Shown here one piece after another: positions 17,958 through 26,080 of a DNA stretch of 32,000 nt. The number at the start of each line of letters is the position of its first letter. Within the stretch, counting starts at the first letter, position 1. Both the position numbers and the translations under genes were made by a program. The notes under the pieces are model-generated. The model was given only the letters and a program-made list of their open reading frames with translations, was not told the origin of the DNA and made no database searches. The stretch is from Pyrobaculum calidifontis JCM 11548 (lineage in GTDB: Archaea > Thermoproteota > Thermoprotei > Thermoproteales > Thermoproteaceae): NCBI RefSeq assembly GCF_000015805.1, contig NC_009073.1, positions 540,001 to 572,000 on the forward strand, given 5' to 3'.

Positions 17958-19043
17958 CTAAGTCACGCGTCTCAAAACTCTTTCCACTTCTCCGTACGTG
18001 GCCTCTGCCTTAAAGCCGTCGCTGGCCATATGTGTACGTGCCGCGTATACTCCGGCCCTCCTTAATGCCGCCATGGCCTCTTCTAGCGTCGGGCTCTTCC
18101 CGTCCACGGCGAACTCGGGTAACTTGTAAAACCATGGAAGAGACACAGAGTATTCCTCTTCCAAGAGTTTTAAAAAGTCGCTGTACTGGCCTTCCCTCGC
18201 CATAAAGAAGGCAATCGACGGATCTCCTAACTCGCCGATCCACACTGGGCCTGATGTATATTCGCTCTGCCGCCTTGTGACTTTCCGATACCTTCTGTAT
18301 TCCACATAGCCCACATCTCTCTGCAACATGTCATCTGCGTCCTTTGCGCTTTTTACGGCGTAGACACAGGTTCTAAAATAGTGGCCTTCCCAGTACGACA
18401 AGAGTGGGCGTATTGCAAAATCTTCAGAAGCGGCGATCCGTGCCACGTATCCCACTAGGTTGCGAAGCCCCATCTCTAGGTAGAAGGGGCTTTTTCTTAT
18501 GACCGAGCCGTACCTCCGTAGACACTTCCTAGGATATCTGCCCACGAGAACTGCGGTATCTGTCGCAGTGGCACATACAATGCCCTCATTTTTGAGAGCT
18601 CTAAATGCAGCGCTTAGGAAGGGCGCCGGCGAACCGAAGGGGTCTACGTCTACTACGTCGCATTGCCCCCTGAGTTTGTGCAACAAGACATTTGCATCTT
18701 CGTTATATACATCTGCTTCTACGCCGTTTATAGACAAGTTCTTTTGAATTACATGTACAGCTTCTTTTGACAAATCGTTTAAAATTAGTTTTCCAACAAC
18801 TCCGCTTTCTATTACATATCTTATTCCACGAATGCCAGTGCCGCTGAGAGGCTCACATACGGTCAAGCCACCCCCCATCTGAGCGCCAGCGACCTTCAGC
18901 AAGAGAACAGACAGTGTCCTATTCTTCTCCATGGCCGGGTTGTAAAACACCGGCGCTGAATATATGTCGTACTTCTTGGGGTTTGGGGCGTAGAATACCG
19001 CCTTGCCCTCTCGCCTTATTACGTAGTCATCCACTTTTCTCAA
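17958..19043 (-). CDS. trm1: tRNA (guanine26-N2)-dimethyltransferase Trm1
   Basis: FYNPAMEKNRTLSVLLL, EPLSGTGIRGIRY, and DVDPFGSPAPFL are the Trm1 family hallmarks. Confidence 0.88.
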   Translation of the reverse strand: MRKVDDYVIRREGKAVFYAPNPKKYDIYSAPVFYNPAMEKNRTLSVLLLKVAGAQMGGGLTVCEPLSGTGIRGIRYVIESGVVGKLILNDLSKEAVHVIQKNLSINGVEADVYNEDANVLLHKLRGQCDVVDVDPFGSPAPFLSAAFRALKNEGIVCATATDTAVLVGRYPRKCLRRYGSVIRKSPFYLEMGLRNLVGYVARIAASEDFAIRPLLSYWEGHYFRTCVYAVKSAKDADDMLQRDVGYVEYRRYRKVTRRQSEYTSGPVWIGELGDPSIAFFMAREGQYSDFLKLLEEEYSVSLPWFYKLPEFAVDGKSPTLEEAMAALRRAGVYAARTHMASDGFKAEATYGEVERVLRRVT

Positions 19044-19773
19044 CTTCTACGCCTAGGGCGTTGGCTAATTCTACGGTCTTCTGGAATTTATCTGCCGAAG
19101 TCGATATGAAGAGGACCCTGTCTTGAACCCTAAGCGCATCTGGGTGCGAGTCCACGAGTTTGTACGTGTCTTTGCCCAAGCTTCTGCTCGCAAGCTCCTC
19201 AGCGCTCACATGCACTTTATCAATACTTATCTTCTTTATCACGTCTTCCCCAAACATGTCAATCAACTTCTGCGCTATTTTAGCGGGGGCCTCTATTTCC
19301 TCTCTTTCGTACCTATATACGGTCTCTCTAGATACGCCAAGTTCTTTGGCAAGTGCGCCAAGGCTTATGCCCGCCTCTTCACGTCTTTGGCGCAACTTCT
19401 TTCCGTCCACTGCCGCAGTTATAGACCCGTGGTTGAGCCTAAATATCGGTGGCTTGCCGTCTACAAGGTCTGTGAATGTTGATAGTGAGATAAATGTTAT
19501 GTTATCTCTTGTGTATACTACGCCGCGCCTCAGAACCTCCCCCCTTACAGTTGACGTAATACATAGACTTGTGACATTGGTGTAAGAGGAGAGAAGTTTG
19601 AGGTCTTTTATAGAACTCCCTGAGACGTCTTCCGCATTTTGCGCAATTCTTATTAGCATCCTCTCCCGGTTTATTTCGGCGACCAAAGTATAAGCATATG
19701 GCCTAGATACGTCTAGGAATAGCGGCTCTCCACGGGCTTTCACAATATTTAACGTAGCCTCTAGCAACTTCAA
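19027..19773 (-). CDS. XRE-type HTH regulator with flanking uncharacterised domains (COG1395-like)
   Basis: The central HTH is LRQRREEAGISLGALAKELGVSRETVYRYEREE. TTG start at 19773. Overlaps the trm1 start by 17 nt. Confidence 0.65.
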   Translation of the reverse strand: MKLLEATLNIVKARGEPLFLDVSRPYAYTLVAEINRERMLIRIAQNAEDVSGSSIKDLKLLSSYTNVTSLCITSTVRGEVLRRGVVYTRDNITFISLSTFTDLVDGKPPIFRLNHGSITAAVDGKKLRQRREEAGISLGALAKELGVSRETVYRYEREEIEAPAKIAQKLIDMFGEDVIKKISIDKVHVSAEELASRSLGKDTYKLVDSHPDALRVQDRVLFISTSADKFQKTVELANALGVEVEKSG

Positions 19774-19793
19774 CGTCTATACAAGAGACCAAG

Positions 19794-19801
19794 TTTTAAA
19801 A
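19794..19801. promoter_or_regulatory. Palindromic TATA box (TTTTAAAA) shared by the divergent HTH gene and a C/D sRNA
   Basis: Its centre (19797.5) is about 24 nt from the TTG start at 19773 and about 22 nt from the sRNA 5' end at 19820. Confidence 0.45.
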
Positions 19802-19819
19802 GTTCAACGCCCGCGGAGA

Positions 19820-19876
19820 TTGGATGAAGAGACCTGGCAAGTCTTAACAGTGACGAGACATTCATGGGCTGACCAA
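19820..19876 (+). ncRNA. C/D box sRNA candidate (2'-O-methylation guide)
   Basis: TTGG-ATGAAGA(C)-gacctggcaagt(12)-CTTA(D')-aca-GTGACGA(C')-gacattcatggg(12)-CTGA(D)-CCAA. The terminal 4-bp stem is TTGG/CCAA. Total length 57 nt. Confidence 0.6.
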
Positions 19877-19978
19877 GCGTCTTGTGGCACCAGCCGCCTC
19901 TCTCCATATATACAGGCGGGTGTATCTGCCTCTGTTCAATCGCCGACCTGACTTATATATGGTAGCGTTGTAGCACAT

Positions 19979-20494
19979 GTGAAACGTATGAGGTTAAGCA
20001 ACAGAGAGGTGAGGGAGCTGAGGGAAATTTACCCGCATATGGGGCCCGTGCTAGATGAGGCCGAGGTCGTCGAGGTAGTCCCCCTCTCTGGCGACAGCTC
20101 GCTATATCTCATCGACGGCGAGCCTCTATTTTTGAAAACGTCGGTTAAAGACGTGGGTGAAGTGGTCGCGCCGACGCTCTTCTTTGTTCATAAATCGAGT
20201 AAGGCCAAGCTGCTTCCTCAGTACCCAAGGGCTATTGTAGACGCGGGGGCGGTCAAGCCTATAGTAAATGGCGCAGATATTATGAGGCCGGGAATAAGGG
20301 AGCTTGTAGGCGAGTTTAACAGAGGGGATGTGGTGCTTGTATCAGATGAAAAGGGGCGGGTAATCGCAGTCGCAGTGGCCTTGTTTTCAAAGTCAGAAAT
20401 AGTCCAAATGCAAAAGGGGAAGGTTTTGTTGAACATACACCACCTTGGTGATAAGCTGTGGCAAATTTCCCTAGAGTTGGCTAAGAAATCCTAA
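19979..20494 (+). CDS. PUA-domain RNA-binding protein (Tma20/MCT-1-like, COG2016)
   Basis: The C-terminal PUA is AGAVKPIVNGADIMRPGI...GDVVLVSDEKGRVIAVAVAL. GTG 19979 sits about 22 nt downstream of TTATATAT (19953-19960). The alternative ATG is at 19988. Confidence 0.75.
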   Translation: MKRMRLSNREVRELREIYPHMGPVLDEAEVVEVVPLSGDSSLYLIDGEPLFLKTSVKDVGEVVAPTLFFVHKSSKAKLLPQYPRAIVDAGAVKPIVNGADIMRPGIRELVGEFNRGDVVLVSDEKGRVIAVAVALFSKSEIVQMQKGKVLLNIHHLGDKLWQISLELAKKS

Positions 20495-21148
20495 TAGCAC
20501 CTCTGTAAAACTGTCTTTACAGGGGGCTGCCTTATATCGCCTCAGTGCTTCAAGCGGAGGCTTTAAGCCGAGGTGTGACAAGCCGTTGGCCACTTGAGTC
20601 ACGTTGTGGCTCTTGCCCAGAGACGCGGACTCGAAGTCCATGATTATGGGCTTGTCCTCTTCCACTAGTACGTGGTCTCTAAGCCTGGCCAACTCGTTGT
20701 GGGACAGGCCTATCTCGTCGAGTAGAAACGCTTGTGTAAGAAGGTCTTGCACAAGGCTACGCCGTTTTTCTGGCGTCGCCGACTTCCACCACGTGGCTAT
20801 GTCCACGCCGTTGATAAAGCGGTAGGCCAAGACGTCTTTGCTGTACGTATACAATCTGGGGCCCACTCCCACTGTATTGGCTAGGTGTAGGTACTGCCCT
20901 TCCAATGCCAGCGACGGCCTAGTGGAGTCTCCCCTCCTAATTTTACACGCGAGTTGTAGATTTCCTACCCTAGGCTTGCACCGAAATACTACGCTGTTCG
21001 TCCCCTTGCCGACGACGTAGACACCGTTGTGCAGTAGGGCGCCGCCGGGCAAGAGCTCTAGCTCTAGCTCCCTTAGTTGTCTATGTACTTCAACGGCGTG
21101 TGTCAGCCCGCCTCCTAGCGTAGACGCAAGTATATACACCGTGTCCAC
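20471..21148 (-). CDS. Small protein-kinase-like (RIO/COG2112-type) protein
   Basis: Gly-rich loop GKGTNSVVF, Lys in LACKIRR, catalytic-like LSHNELARLRDHVLV, and IIMDFESA (DFG-like). Confidence 0.55.
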   Translation of the reverse strand: MDTVYILASTLGGGLTHAVEVHRQLRELELELLPGGALLHNGVYVVGKGTNSVVFRCKPRVGNLQLACKIRRGDSTRPSLALEGQYLHLANTVGVGPRLYTYSKDVLAYRFINGVDIATWWKSATPEKRRSLVQDLLTQAFLLDEIGLSHNELARLRDHVLVEEDKPIIMDFESASLGKSHNVTQVANGLSHLGLKPPLEALRRYKAAPCKDSFTEVLLGFLSQL

Positions 21149-21179
21149 AGGCTTTTATACCTACTGCTTATAGGCTTTT

Positions 21180-21539
21180 GTGGAAAAGGAGAGAGATGTG
21201 GTGAAGAGAATCGCCCAGCTAGTTAGGGCAGGCGCCACTCTTACCTCGTATACATGTCCAGTTTGTGGCACAGTTTTAGTAAAACTGAAGACCGGAGAGC
21301 TATATTGCGCAAACTGCGAACGCACGGTGGTGTTAGTAAAAAGCGACGAGGAGGCTCAGCAAGCGGTTGAAGTGGTGCAACTACGTGAAGTTAGGAGAAT
21401 CGTGTTTGACAAAATTCTGCAACTAGGCCGCGAGTTGGAGAAGCTAAGCGCATCGGAGATGGTGGACCACCTAAGGTCTATGTCTATTCTTCTCGACATT
21501 TACGAAAAGTTGTCTAAGATACAGTCCTCCAAGGTTTAG
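21180..21539 (+). CDS. Zn-ribbon protein, UPF0148 / autoantigen-p27-like
   Basis: CPVCGTVL..(10)..CANCE ribbon followed by a helical tail. Size and layout fit the family. Confidence 0.55.
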   Translation: MEKERDVVKRIAQLVRAGATLTSYTCPVCGTVLVKLKTGELYCANCERTVVLVKSDEEAQQAVEVVQLREVRRIVFDKILQLGRELEKLSASEMVDHLRSMSILLDIYEKLSKIQSSKV

Positions 21540-22677
21540 CAACAGAGGCTAGAAGCTGTGCCAAGAGTATGTGGGCGATGGGGGAGAAGTGGACAGTGTA
21601 GAAAGAGTAGAGCGTGCGATTTCCAAGCGCATATACAATCCAGTAGCCCCCATACGTCGAGATGTAGAGCACTGAGACGTCGTCGCGTTTGTAAATAGCG
21701 TATATTAGTGCGAGCAAGTACGCGGGCGTTCCGCCTGCATAAATGTTGGGGTTTAGATAGAGCGCGAAGCTGTTGCGCATAATTAGCCAGTCCAAGGGAG
21801 TTGAGGCTATTGGCCCCTCTGGCCGCGAGGTCGTGTGCCATGCAAACGCGGCGAGGACTTCATGGAGCCACCTCTGTAGGCCCAACTGGGCGGCCATTGG
21901 CATGTTGACGAGTAAGAAAACAGAGGTGGCCATAAGCACCACTGCGACGAATTTCCACAAGCTCTTTTTAGCGTACAAATAGGCCAGGCCGAATATTGGA
22001 AAAGCCCCGGAGTACTTGACAGAAACTGCGAGACCTAAGGCGGCGCCTGTCGCCAAATCTCTCCCAGCCACGTAGAAGTATGTCAAAAGTGCTGTAAAAA
22101 ACGCGAGATATATATCAAGCATGGCGATGCCGGCCATGGCTCTGAAAGTGCTATCGAACAGCATCAATGTCGTGGTCACCAAGGCCCACAGTCTGCCGGT
22201 TAGCCTGCGCGCAGTTAAATAGACGAGGAGCAGAGTGCCAGCGCCTAGAGCAACTGACGGGGCTCTCCAAAAGATGGGCTCGTCTCTGACAACTTCCATT
22301 AGCGCTATCACGTACTTGGCGAGCGGTGGATGTTCTAAGTTGTAGTAAGTCAAGATGCCCTCTTTATCTGGATAGGGGAACCCCCGCCTGACGTAACATG
22401 TGACATTTCCCACAACTGTCACCGCGTCTATTTCCTTGTACGTCTTTACCACAGTGGCGTTGCTGACGCAGGGCCAGGTGGTTGTGTAATACGGCGATGA
22501 GGCGGGGGTCTTGAAGAAGTCGTGCAAAATGTTGCGCGCCGATGTGACATACCACACCTCGTCGCTTATGTATCCGGGGCCATCGGGCAAGCCGTCTACG
22601 CCGCCTAGGGAGGCCACGGAGTATGCGAGATATGCGTATACGGCCAGTACGACTAGGAGAGCCACGGCGTATTTCAT
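21514..22677 (-). CDS. GT-C fold glycosyltransferase (PMT/ArnT, GT39/83-like) membrane protein
   Basis: Ten or more TM helices. The first extracytoplasmic loop has DE..W and EHPPLAKY, which resembles the PMT-family loop. Confidence 0.65.
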   Translation of the reverse strand: MKYAVALLVVLAVYAYLAYSVASLGGVDGLPDGPGYISDEVWYVTSARNILHDFFKTPASSPYYTTTWPCVSNATVVKTYKEIDAVTVVGNVTCYVRRGFPYPDKEGILTYYNLEHPPLAKYVIALMEVVRDEPIFWRAPSVALGAGTLLLVYLTARRLTGRLWALVTTTLMLFDSTFRAMAGIAMLDIYLAFFTALLTYFYVAGRDLATGAALGLAVSVKYSGAFPIFGLAYLYAKKSLWKFVAVVLMATSVFLLVNMPMAAQLGLQRWLHEVLAAFAWHTTSRPEGPIASTPLDWLIMRNSFALYLNPNIYAGGTPAYLLALIYAIYKRDDVSVLYISTYGGYWIVYALGNRTLYSFYTVHFSPIAHILLAQLLASVAKPWRTVS

Positions 22678-22701
22678 ATGTCACAAGCTGTGGCGTGTTT
22701 A

Positions 22702-22751
22702 TCAGCGCTGCATACCCCGGTCACGAGGTCGCCAGCGGTCATTGTCATCAC
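22702..22751 (-). ncRNA. C/D box sRNA candidate
   Basis: On the minus strand: GTGATGA(C)-caatgaccgctg(12)-GCGA(D')-cctc-GTGACCG(C', weak)-gggtatgcagcg(12)-CTGA(D). TTTATATT (complement of 22771-22778) lies about 24 nt upstream. Confidence 0.45.
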
Positions 22752-22752
22752 A

Positions 22753-22761
22753 TTTAAAAAA
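22753..22761 (+). promoter_or_regulatory. TATA box (TTTAAAAAA) for the plus-strand C/D sRNA
   Basis: Its centre is 24 nt upstream of the C box at 22781. Confidence 0.4.
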
Positions 22762-22770
22762 TCTCAGCGG

Positions 22771-22778
22771 AATATAAA
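22771..22778 (-). promoter_or_regulatory. TATA box (TTTATATT on minus strand) for the minus-strand C/D sRNA
   Basis: Its centre is about 24 nt upstream of the minus-strand C box at 22751. Confidence 0.4.
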
Positions 22779-22780
22779 CG

Positions 22781-22831
22781 ATGACGATGTGGTTCTACAA
22801 TGAAAATGTGAAGACGCCCCTACCCAGCTGA
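22781..22831 (+). ncRNA. C/D box sRNA candidate overlapping the IleRS 3' end in antisense
   Basis: ATGACGA(C)-tgtggttctaca(12)-ATGA(D')-aaat-GTGAAGA(C')-cgcccctacccag(13)-CTGA(D). The last 12 nt overlap the final ileS codons on the other strand. Confidence 0.5.
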
Positions 22832-25753
22832 TTTCACAGATATCTTAACTTTCTCCCCTAATATGTCCCATTCCTTGCCTTCGTCTGCATGCTCTACGCT
22901 CAGCTCAACGGCCCTAGTCTCACGCATTATGTAGTCGCGGAAAAGCTCAACGGCCTTCTTTACCTCGTCCGAGGCCGTGTCTACGACGACGCGTATCGTG
23001 TCATTTATTTGAAGCCCAGCCTCCTTGCGCATTACTTGGATTCTTCTCACGATCTCTCTACTCAGCGCCTCGTAGAACAGCTCAGGCTCCAGCTTCCCAG
23101 GTATACACACTTCAACTCCCTCTTCTGCTGCTTTGACGTAACCCTCGGGACACTTGCCCACTTTTACCTCTTTTACATTGCCCAGGTACTTCAACGCCTC
23201 TTTATACCTATCTACGTAGCTGGCGCCGACCACATACGCCTCTCTGATGGGCCACCTGAGCTTTATACCTGCCTTGTTCCTAGCCTCGGCAAGCACTGAG
23301 AAGACCTTAAACAATTCGTCGTATACTTTTATCAGCTCCTCTTCCACTGCCCCCTCCTCTGGGTACTTGGCCAAGTGGACGGACTCCTCTGCTTCTTTGT
23401 CGTACTTTCTCACAAAGGCTTGCCATAGATATTCTGTGGCGAATGGCACAAAGACTGAGCCTATTATCAGCACGTTCTTAAGCACGTGGAAGAGGACGGA
23501 GTATGCTGCGTATTTGTCTGGAGTAGACTCCTCAAGCCATACCCGTCTCCTGAGCAGTCTTATATATCTGTGGCTCAAGGTCTCTACCACGAACTCTCTC
23601 CACAGGTTAGCGGCCTTGTGGAATTCGAAGTTCCTCAAATACTCCTTTACCTTTATCGTGAGAAGGTTTAATTCTGATAAAAGCCACTTGTCCTCTTCTA
23701 GGGCCTTGTTGAGCCACTCCTCTAATGGGTACTTGTCTTTGGAAAACCCGTCTAGGGACATGTACGTGTCTGCGAATTTCACCACGTTCCACAGTATGTT
23801 TAAGTCACTTATCACGTGTTTAACCTCGTCGGGGTCAAATGCCAAGTCTTCCCAGGGAGCAGCCTTGGAGAGTATGTAAAGTCTCACTGGATCTGCGCCG
23901 TATTTTTCAAAGAGGTCTTTAGCCCAGACAACGTTTCCCTTGCTCTTTGACATTTTTTGCCCATGCTTATCTAGTATTAGTCCTTGTATTAGAATTGTCT
24001 TATATGGGGCTTTGCCTGTGTATAAGACTGAGGTGGCCAGGAGGGAGTAAAACCAGCCTCTCGTCTGGTCTATCCCCTCTGTTACAAAGTCGTATGGGAA
24101 GAGCTGGGTCCACAGCTCCCTGTTTCTTTCGCCGTCTACTGCGGCGATCCACGCCACGCCGCTGTCGAGCCACACGTCCATGACATACGGCTCGCGGGCC
24201 CACTCGTCGCAGTCCTCGGTCTTTAATACTACAGAGTCTATCCAGGGCCTGTGGACTAGCTTAAAATCGTCCACTGGCGGAAGCTCTTTTGCAAGCCGCT
24301 TTAACTCCTCTATTGATCCAACCACTAGAATTCTGCCATCTTTCTTGCATCGCCACACTGGGAGAGGAGTGCCCCACACCCTGCTCCTGCTTATGTTCCA
24401 GTCTCTGGCGTTTTGTACAAATACGTCGAATCTATCCCTCAGCTTCTGGGGCACCACGTTTACTCTCTGAAGCTCTGCGTACATTTTTTCACGTATTTTT
24501 GAAACTGCGATAAACCACTGGCGGTCGGCCCTCAGTATTAGCTTTGTGCCACAACGCCAACAGTGAGGATACTCGTGCCTAATTTTCTCAGCATAGACCA
24601 GAAGCCCCTTCTTCTTCAGCTCGTCAATCACCTCTTTATCCACGTCGTGGACGTACTTCCCGGCGAATTTGCCGGCTAGCTCGTTATATACGCCGTTTAC
24701 TTCAACGCTGTTGGTTACCTTCAGTCCATACTTTTTGGCCACTTCAAAGTCCTCGGGGCCGTGTCCAGGCGCTATGTGGACAAGGCCTGTGCCTTGGTCT
24801 AAGGTGACGAAGTCGGCAACTACTACGTAGTGAGGCCTTGTGCCCCTCTCTGGCACTTCCTCGTGGAAGGGATGCACGTAGCGTAGGCCTTGGAGCTCTT
24901 TGCCCCTCCTTACTTCTAAGATTTTCCACTCCTTTATGCCCCAGAGCTCCATAAGCTTAGGCACAAGCTGTTCAGCGACCCACCACCTCTCGCCGCCTAC
25001 CTCTACCTTGGCATATGTATAATCTGGGTGTACAGCTACTGCCTCATTATCTATTAAGGTCCAGGGAGTAGTAGTCCAGATAACTAAGTACTCGTTCTCG
25101 CTTCCCTCGACTCTGAATTTTACATAGATAGAAGGGTCTTCTCGCTCCTCGTAGCCTAGTGCTACCTCGTGGTCGCTCAGCGAGGTTTCACACCTGGGGC
25201 AAAACCAGAGGACTCTGTAGTCCTCTGTCAGAAGGCCCATCTCATGCGCCTTTTTAACAATGCGCCAGGCGTATTCAAGATAGTTGGGCTTTCTCGTCTC
25301 ATACGCGTTATCTAGGTCGAGCCAGAGGCCTAGCCTCCTAGTGCCCCACTCTTTCCACTGCTCTAGGTACTCGTCGACTAGCGCGTTACATGCGAGGGCA
25401 AATTTTTCGAGACCATACTTCTCAATGTCTTTCTTACTCCGCAACTTGAGCCTCTTTTCCACCTCCCACTCCACCGGCATGCCCTGCATATCCCAGCCGC
25501 CCTGGACCCACACATCGTAGCCCAGAAGTCTGTGAAACCTCAGTACGACGTCCTTGTACGTCCTACCGCGTATGTGGCCTACATGAGGCATGCCATTCGT
25601 CGTAGGGGGCCCCTCTAGAAACGTGAACCTAGGCCCTCCACGCCACTGCCTCCACTTATGGAAGATGCCGTTGCTGTTCCAAAACTCAGCTACCTCTTTT
25701 TCAACGCTGTGGGGGCTGTAAGTGTGTCCAAGCTTGAAATCCCCATGGCGCAT
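22820..25753 (-). CDS. ileS: Isoleucyl-tRNA synthetase
   Basis: 977 aa. The class I HIGH-type motif is PPTTNGMPHVGHIRGR and KMSKS is present. WFCPRCETSL and a CP1 editing insertion are typical of IleRS. Confidence 0.88.
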   Translation of the reverse strand: MRHGDFKLGHTYSPHSVEKEVAEFWNSNGIFHKWRQWRGGPRFTFLEGPPTTNGMPHVGHIRGRTYKDVVLRFHRLLGYDVWVQGGWDMQGMPVEWEVEKRLKLRSKKDIEKYGLEKFALACNALVDEYLEQWKEWGTRRLGLWLDLDNAYETRKPNYLEYAWRIVKKAHEMGLLTEDYRVLWFCPRCETSLSDHEVALGYEEREDPSIYVKFRVEGSENEYLVIWTTTPWTLIDNEAVAVHPDYTYAKVEVGGERWWVAEQLVPKLMELWGIKEWKILEVRRGKELQGLRYVHPFHEEVPERGTRPHYVVVADFVTLDQGTGLVHIAPGHGPEDFEVAKKYGLKVTNSVEVNGVYNELAGKFAGKYVHDVDKEVIDELKKKGLLVYAEKIRHEYPHCWRCGTKLILRADRQWFIAVSKIREKMYAELQRVNVVPQKLRDRFDVFVQNARDWNISRSRVWGTPLPVWRCKKDGRILVVGSIEELKRLAKELPPVDDFKLVHRPWIDSVVLKTEDCDEWAREPYVMDVWLDSGVAWIAAVDGERNRELWTQLFPYDFVTEGIDQTRGWFYSLLATSVLYTGKAPYKTILIQGLILDKHGQKMSKSKGNVVWAKDLFEKYGADPVRLYILSKAAPWEDLAFDPDEVKHVISDLNILWNVVKFADTYMSLDGFSKDKYPLEEWLNKALEEDKWLLSELNLLTIKVKEYLRNFEFHKAANLWREFVVETLSHRYIRLLRRRVWLEESTPDKYAAYSVLFHVLKNVLIIGSVFVPFATEYLWQAFVRKYDKEAEESVHLAKYPEEGAVEEELIKVYDELFKVFSVLAEARNKAGIKLRWPIREAYVVGASYVDRYKEALKYLGNVKEVKVGKCPEGYVKAAEEGVEVCIPGKLEPELFYEALSREIVRRIQVMRKEAGLQINDTIRVVVDTASDEVKKAVELFRDYIMRETRAVELSVEHADEGKEWDILGEKVKISVKSAG

Positions 25754-25814
25754 TGATGTGGCGGAGATTTAAAGTATTTTAGCGTTCAGGTACTTTTTAA
25801 AACACTCTTAACAC

Positions 25815-25976
25815 GTGGTGGTAGAGGAAGCGTTATATACAACGATTGTCTCCTTGATAGTTGCATTATTAATAGCTATAGTGCTATATTTACTACCGGT
25901 GGACGAGTTTGAAAAACTAGTAAAATATATATATGACGACATAGAATATATGACGTATTTTACAAGAACCCTATGA
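25815..25976 (+). CDS. Small single-pass membrane protein (53 aa; below ORF-track cutoff)
   Basis: GTG start directly after an in-frame TAA. TM helix TTIVSLIVALLIAIVLYLL followed by an acidic tail DEFEKLVKYIYDDIEY. The stop overlaps the next ATG (ATGA at 25973-25976). Promoter spacing is ambiguous. Confidence 0.35.
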   Translation: MVVEEALYTTIVSLIVALLIAIVLYLLPVDEFEKLVKYIYDDIEYMTYFTRTL

Positions 25977-26080
25977 GATTCTTATACCACTTGGTCATGT
26001 TAGTCTTTGCGTTGGCCCTACTCTACTTATTAACAACCTCGTTTTACTACATCGACTTGCTTTTTAAAGCATTTAAATGA
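25973..26080 (+). CDS. Tiny membrane protein (35 aa; below ORF-track cutoff)
   Basis: MRFLYHLVMLVFALALLYLLTTSFYYIDLLFKAFK. ATGA overlaps at both ends link it to the flanking ORFs. Confidence 0.4.
   Translation: MRFLYHLVMLVFALALLYLLTTSFYYIDLLFKAFK

Noticed and set aside
19894-19919. A 6-bp inverted repeat (CCGCCT...AGGCGG) with a 14-nt loop containing CATATATAC, lying between the C/D sRNA and the PUA gene.
   Set aside because: The stem is short and easily arises by chance. There is no C/D or recognisable H/ACA box arrangement around it. It might be a second promoter or a small structured RNA, but the sequence alone does not support a call.
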